Shown: one piece after another, positions 63,028 through 64,000 of the stretch
Layout of the letters: every line of letters begins with the position of its first letter
Position numbering within the stretch: position 1 is the stretch's first letter
NCBI RefSeq assembly: GCF_018350175.1
Contig: NC_058368.1
Location: 238,578,001-238,642,000, forward strand
DNA length: 64,000 nt
Source: Felis catus
Taxonomy: Eukaryota
Direction of reading: 5' to 3'
Position numbers and translations under genes: made by a program
Notes under the pieces: generated by a model
The model's database searches: none
What the model was told of the DNA's origin: nothing
What the model saw: the letters and a program-made list of their open reading frames with translations, nothing else

Positions 63028-63399
63028 GCAGCTCAGTTTTTAAAGTTGCCGTTGTTTGAACACAGCTGAGCAGACGTGTCAGCTGACTTCTCCAGTCTCC
63101 TCTCCTTGCTGGTGTCGTCGCAGGTGAGCAGCGCCTCCCTGAAGCCTCACCGGCGGCCGCAGCCTGCCGTGCACCAGGGCACTGGGCTTCCCGCGCCTGT
63201 CTGACCCCCCTATTCTGCCTTCTGCTCCCAGGTATCACTGCCCCTTCTGGGCGACCCTCACATTCCAGAACATCCTATCTTATGGAAGGTGGATGGAGCT
63301 CCTGAGAGCGTCCAAGGCCTCCGTGAAGTCTGAGAGCATTGAGGGCGCCAGGCCCTCGGGACGGGAGGACGGGAGGGGACCGCCAGGCTGGCAGCACAC

Positions 63400-63790
63400 C
63401 GTGGACGGCCGCAGTGGGCCGTGGACGCGTGGGGATCCATAACAAACGTGGAGATGGTAAGGCCAGGGGACCACCGCAGCCCCAGGCCAGCCGGGAGCAG
63501 GGCCCAGCACGCCCCCAGGGCTGGTGGGGCGAAGTCCAGGCCAACCGGTGCCCTGAGAACCAGGGCTGAGGCCTGGAGAGGGGACCCTGAGCCAGGCGGC
63601 GGAGGAACACAGGCTGGAAGCAGGGCCATCAGGGGAAGGCCTGGCGTCGGGGGGTCGGACAAGGGCAGAGGTGGAGACGGGGAGCGGGGGCGTGTCTGAG
63701 GAAGGGCGAGCTCCCAGCGAGCAGCCCTGCTGGGCAGGGGCCAGGTGTGAAGGGGCCCCAGGAATGATGGTGGCCGACTGCCCCTGCTGC
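63400..63790 (-). mobile_element. L2 relic (GC-shifted)
   Basis: gtggggatccataacaaacgtggagatggtaaggccagggga... loosely colinear with antisense L2. Confidence 0.4.
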
Positions 63791-64000
63791 AAGGACCCCA
63801 CAGAGCCCCCAGGAGGCCGGGACCCCTCAAATGCAGCGACTCTCGAGAAGGCCCCTGGGGAGAGTCTGCATGTGGAATTGGTCCTCTCCAGACCCTGGTG
63901 GAGCAGGCTGGCACAGCAGGGGCCCCGAGCCCCCGCCCCCCAACCGGCCCTTCCCTGGGTTTTCCTGGTCCCGAGGGCCCCTTCTGTATGGAGCAGGCCC

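Noticed and set aside
62216..63238. 340-aa ORF spanning the FTL retrocopy as a new protein-coding retrogene
   Set aside because: It starts at GTG, drifts in and out of the ferritin frame, lacks the FTL ATG and part of helix B; long stop-free frames are common at this GC content.

Overview
GC-rich mammalian genomic DNA; the tRNA-derived Can-SINEs look felid-type, so probably cat or a relative. It is the TERT-SLC6A18-SLC6A19 block. The + strand carries the last three coding exons of TERT (1606-3263, ATTAAA at 3957). The - strand carries two complete 12-exon SLC6 neutral amino-acid transporter genes in tandem: SLC6A19/B0AT1 (41927->26550, 634 aa) and SLC6A18/B0AT3 (23311->8290, 609 aa). All introns are GT-AG and both frames are intact. 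The rest is intronic or intergenic: several minisatellites, CA/TG and GA simple repeats, seven Can-SINEs and old L1/L2/MIR/MaLR/MER relics. Near the right end lies a full-length processed pseudogene of ferritin light chain (62208-63027, - strand) with a 12-bp TSD, poly(A) remnant and an iron-responsive element whose loop is mutated (CAGUG->CGGUG). I found no convincing new multi-gene system. The best leads are the FTL retrocopy, a SINE carrying an inverted copy of its own flank, and a VNTR built from nuclear-receptor half-sites. Repeat-family names and human comparisons come from recalled consensus sequences, not a database search; repeat boundaries are approximate.
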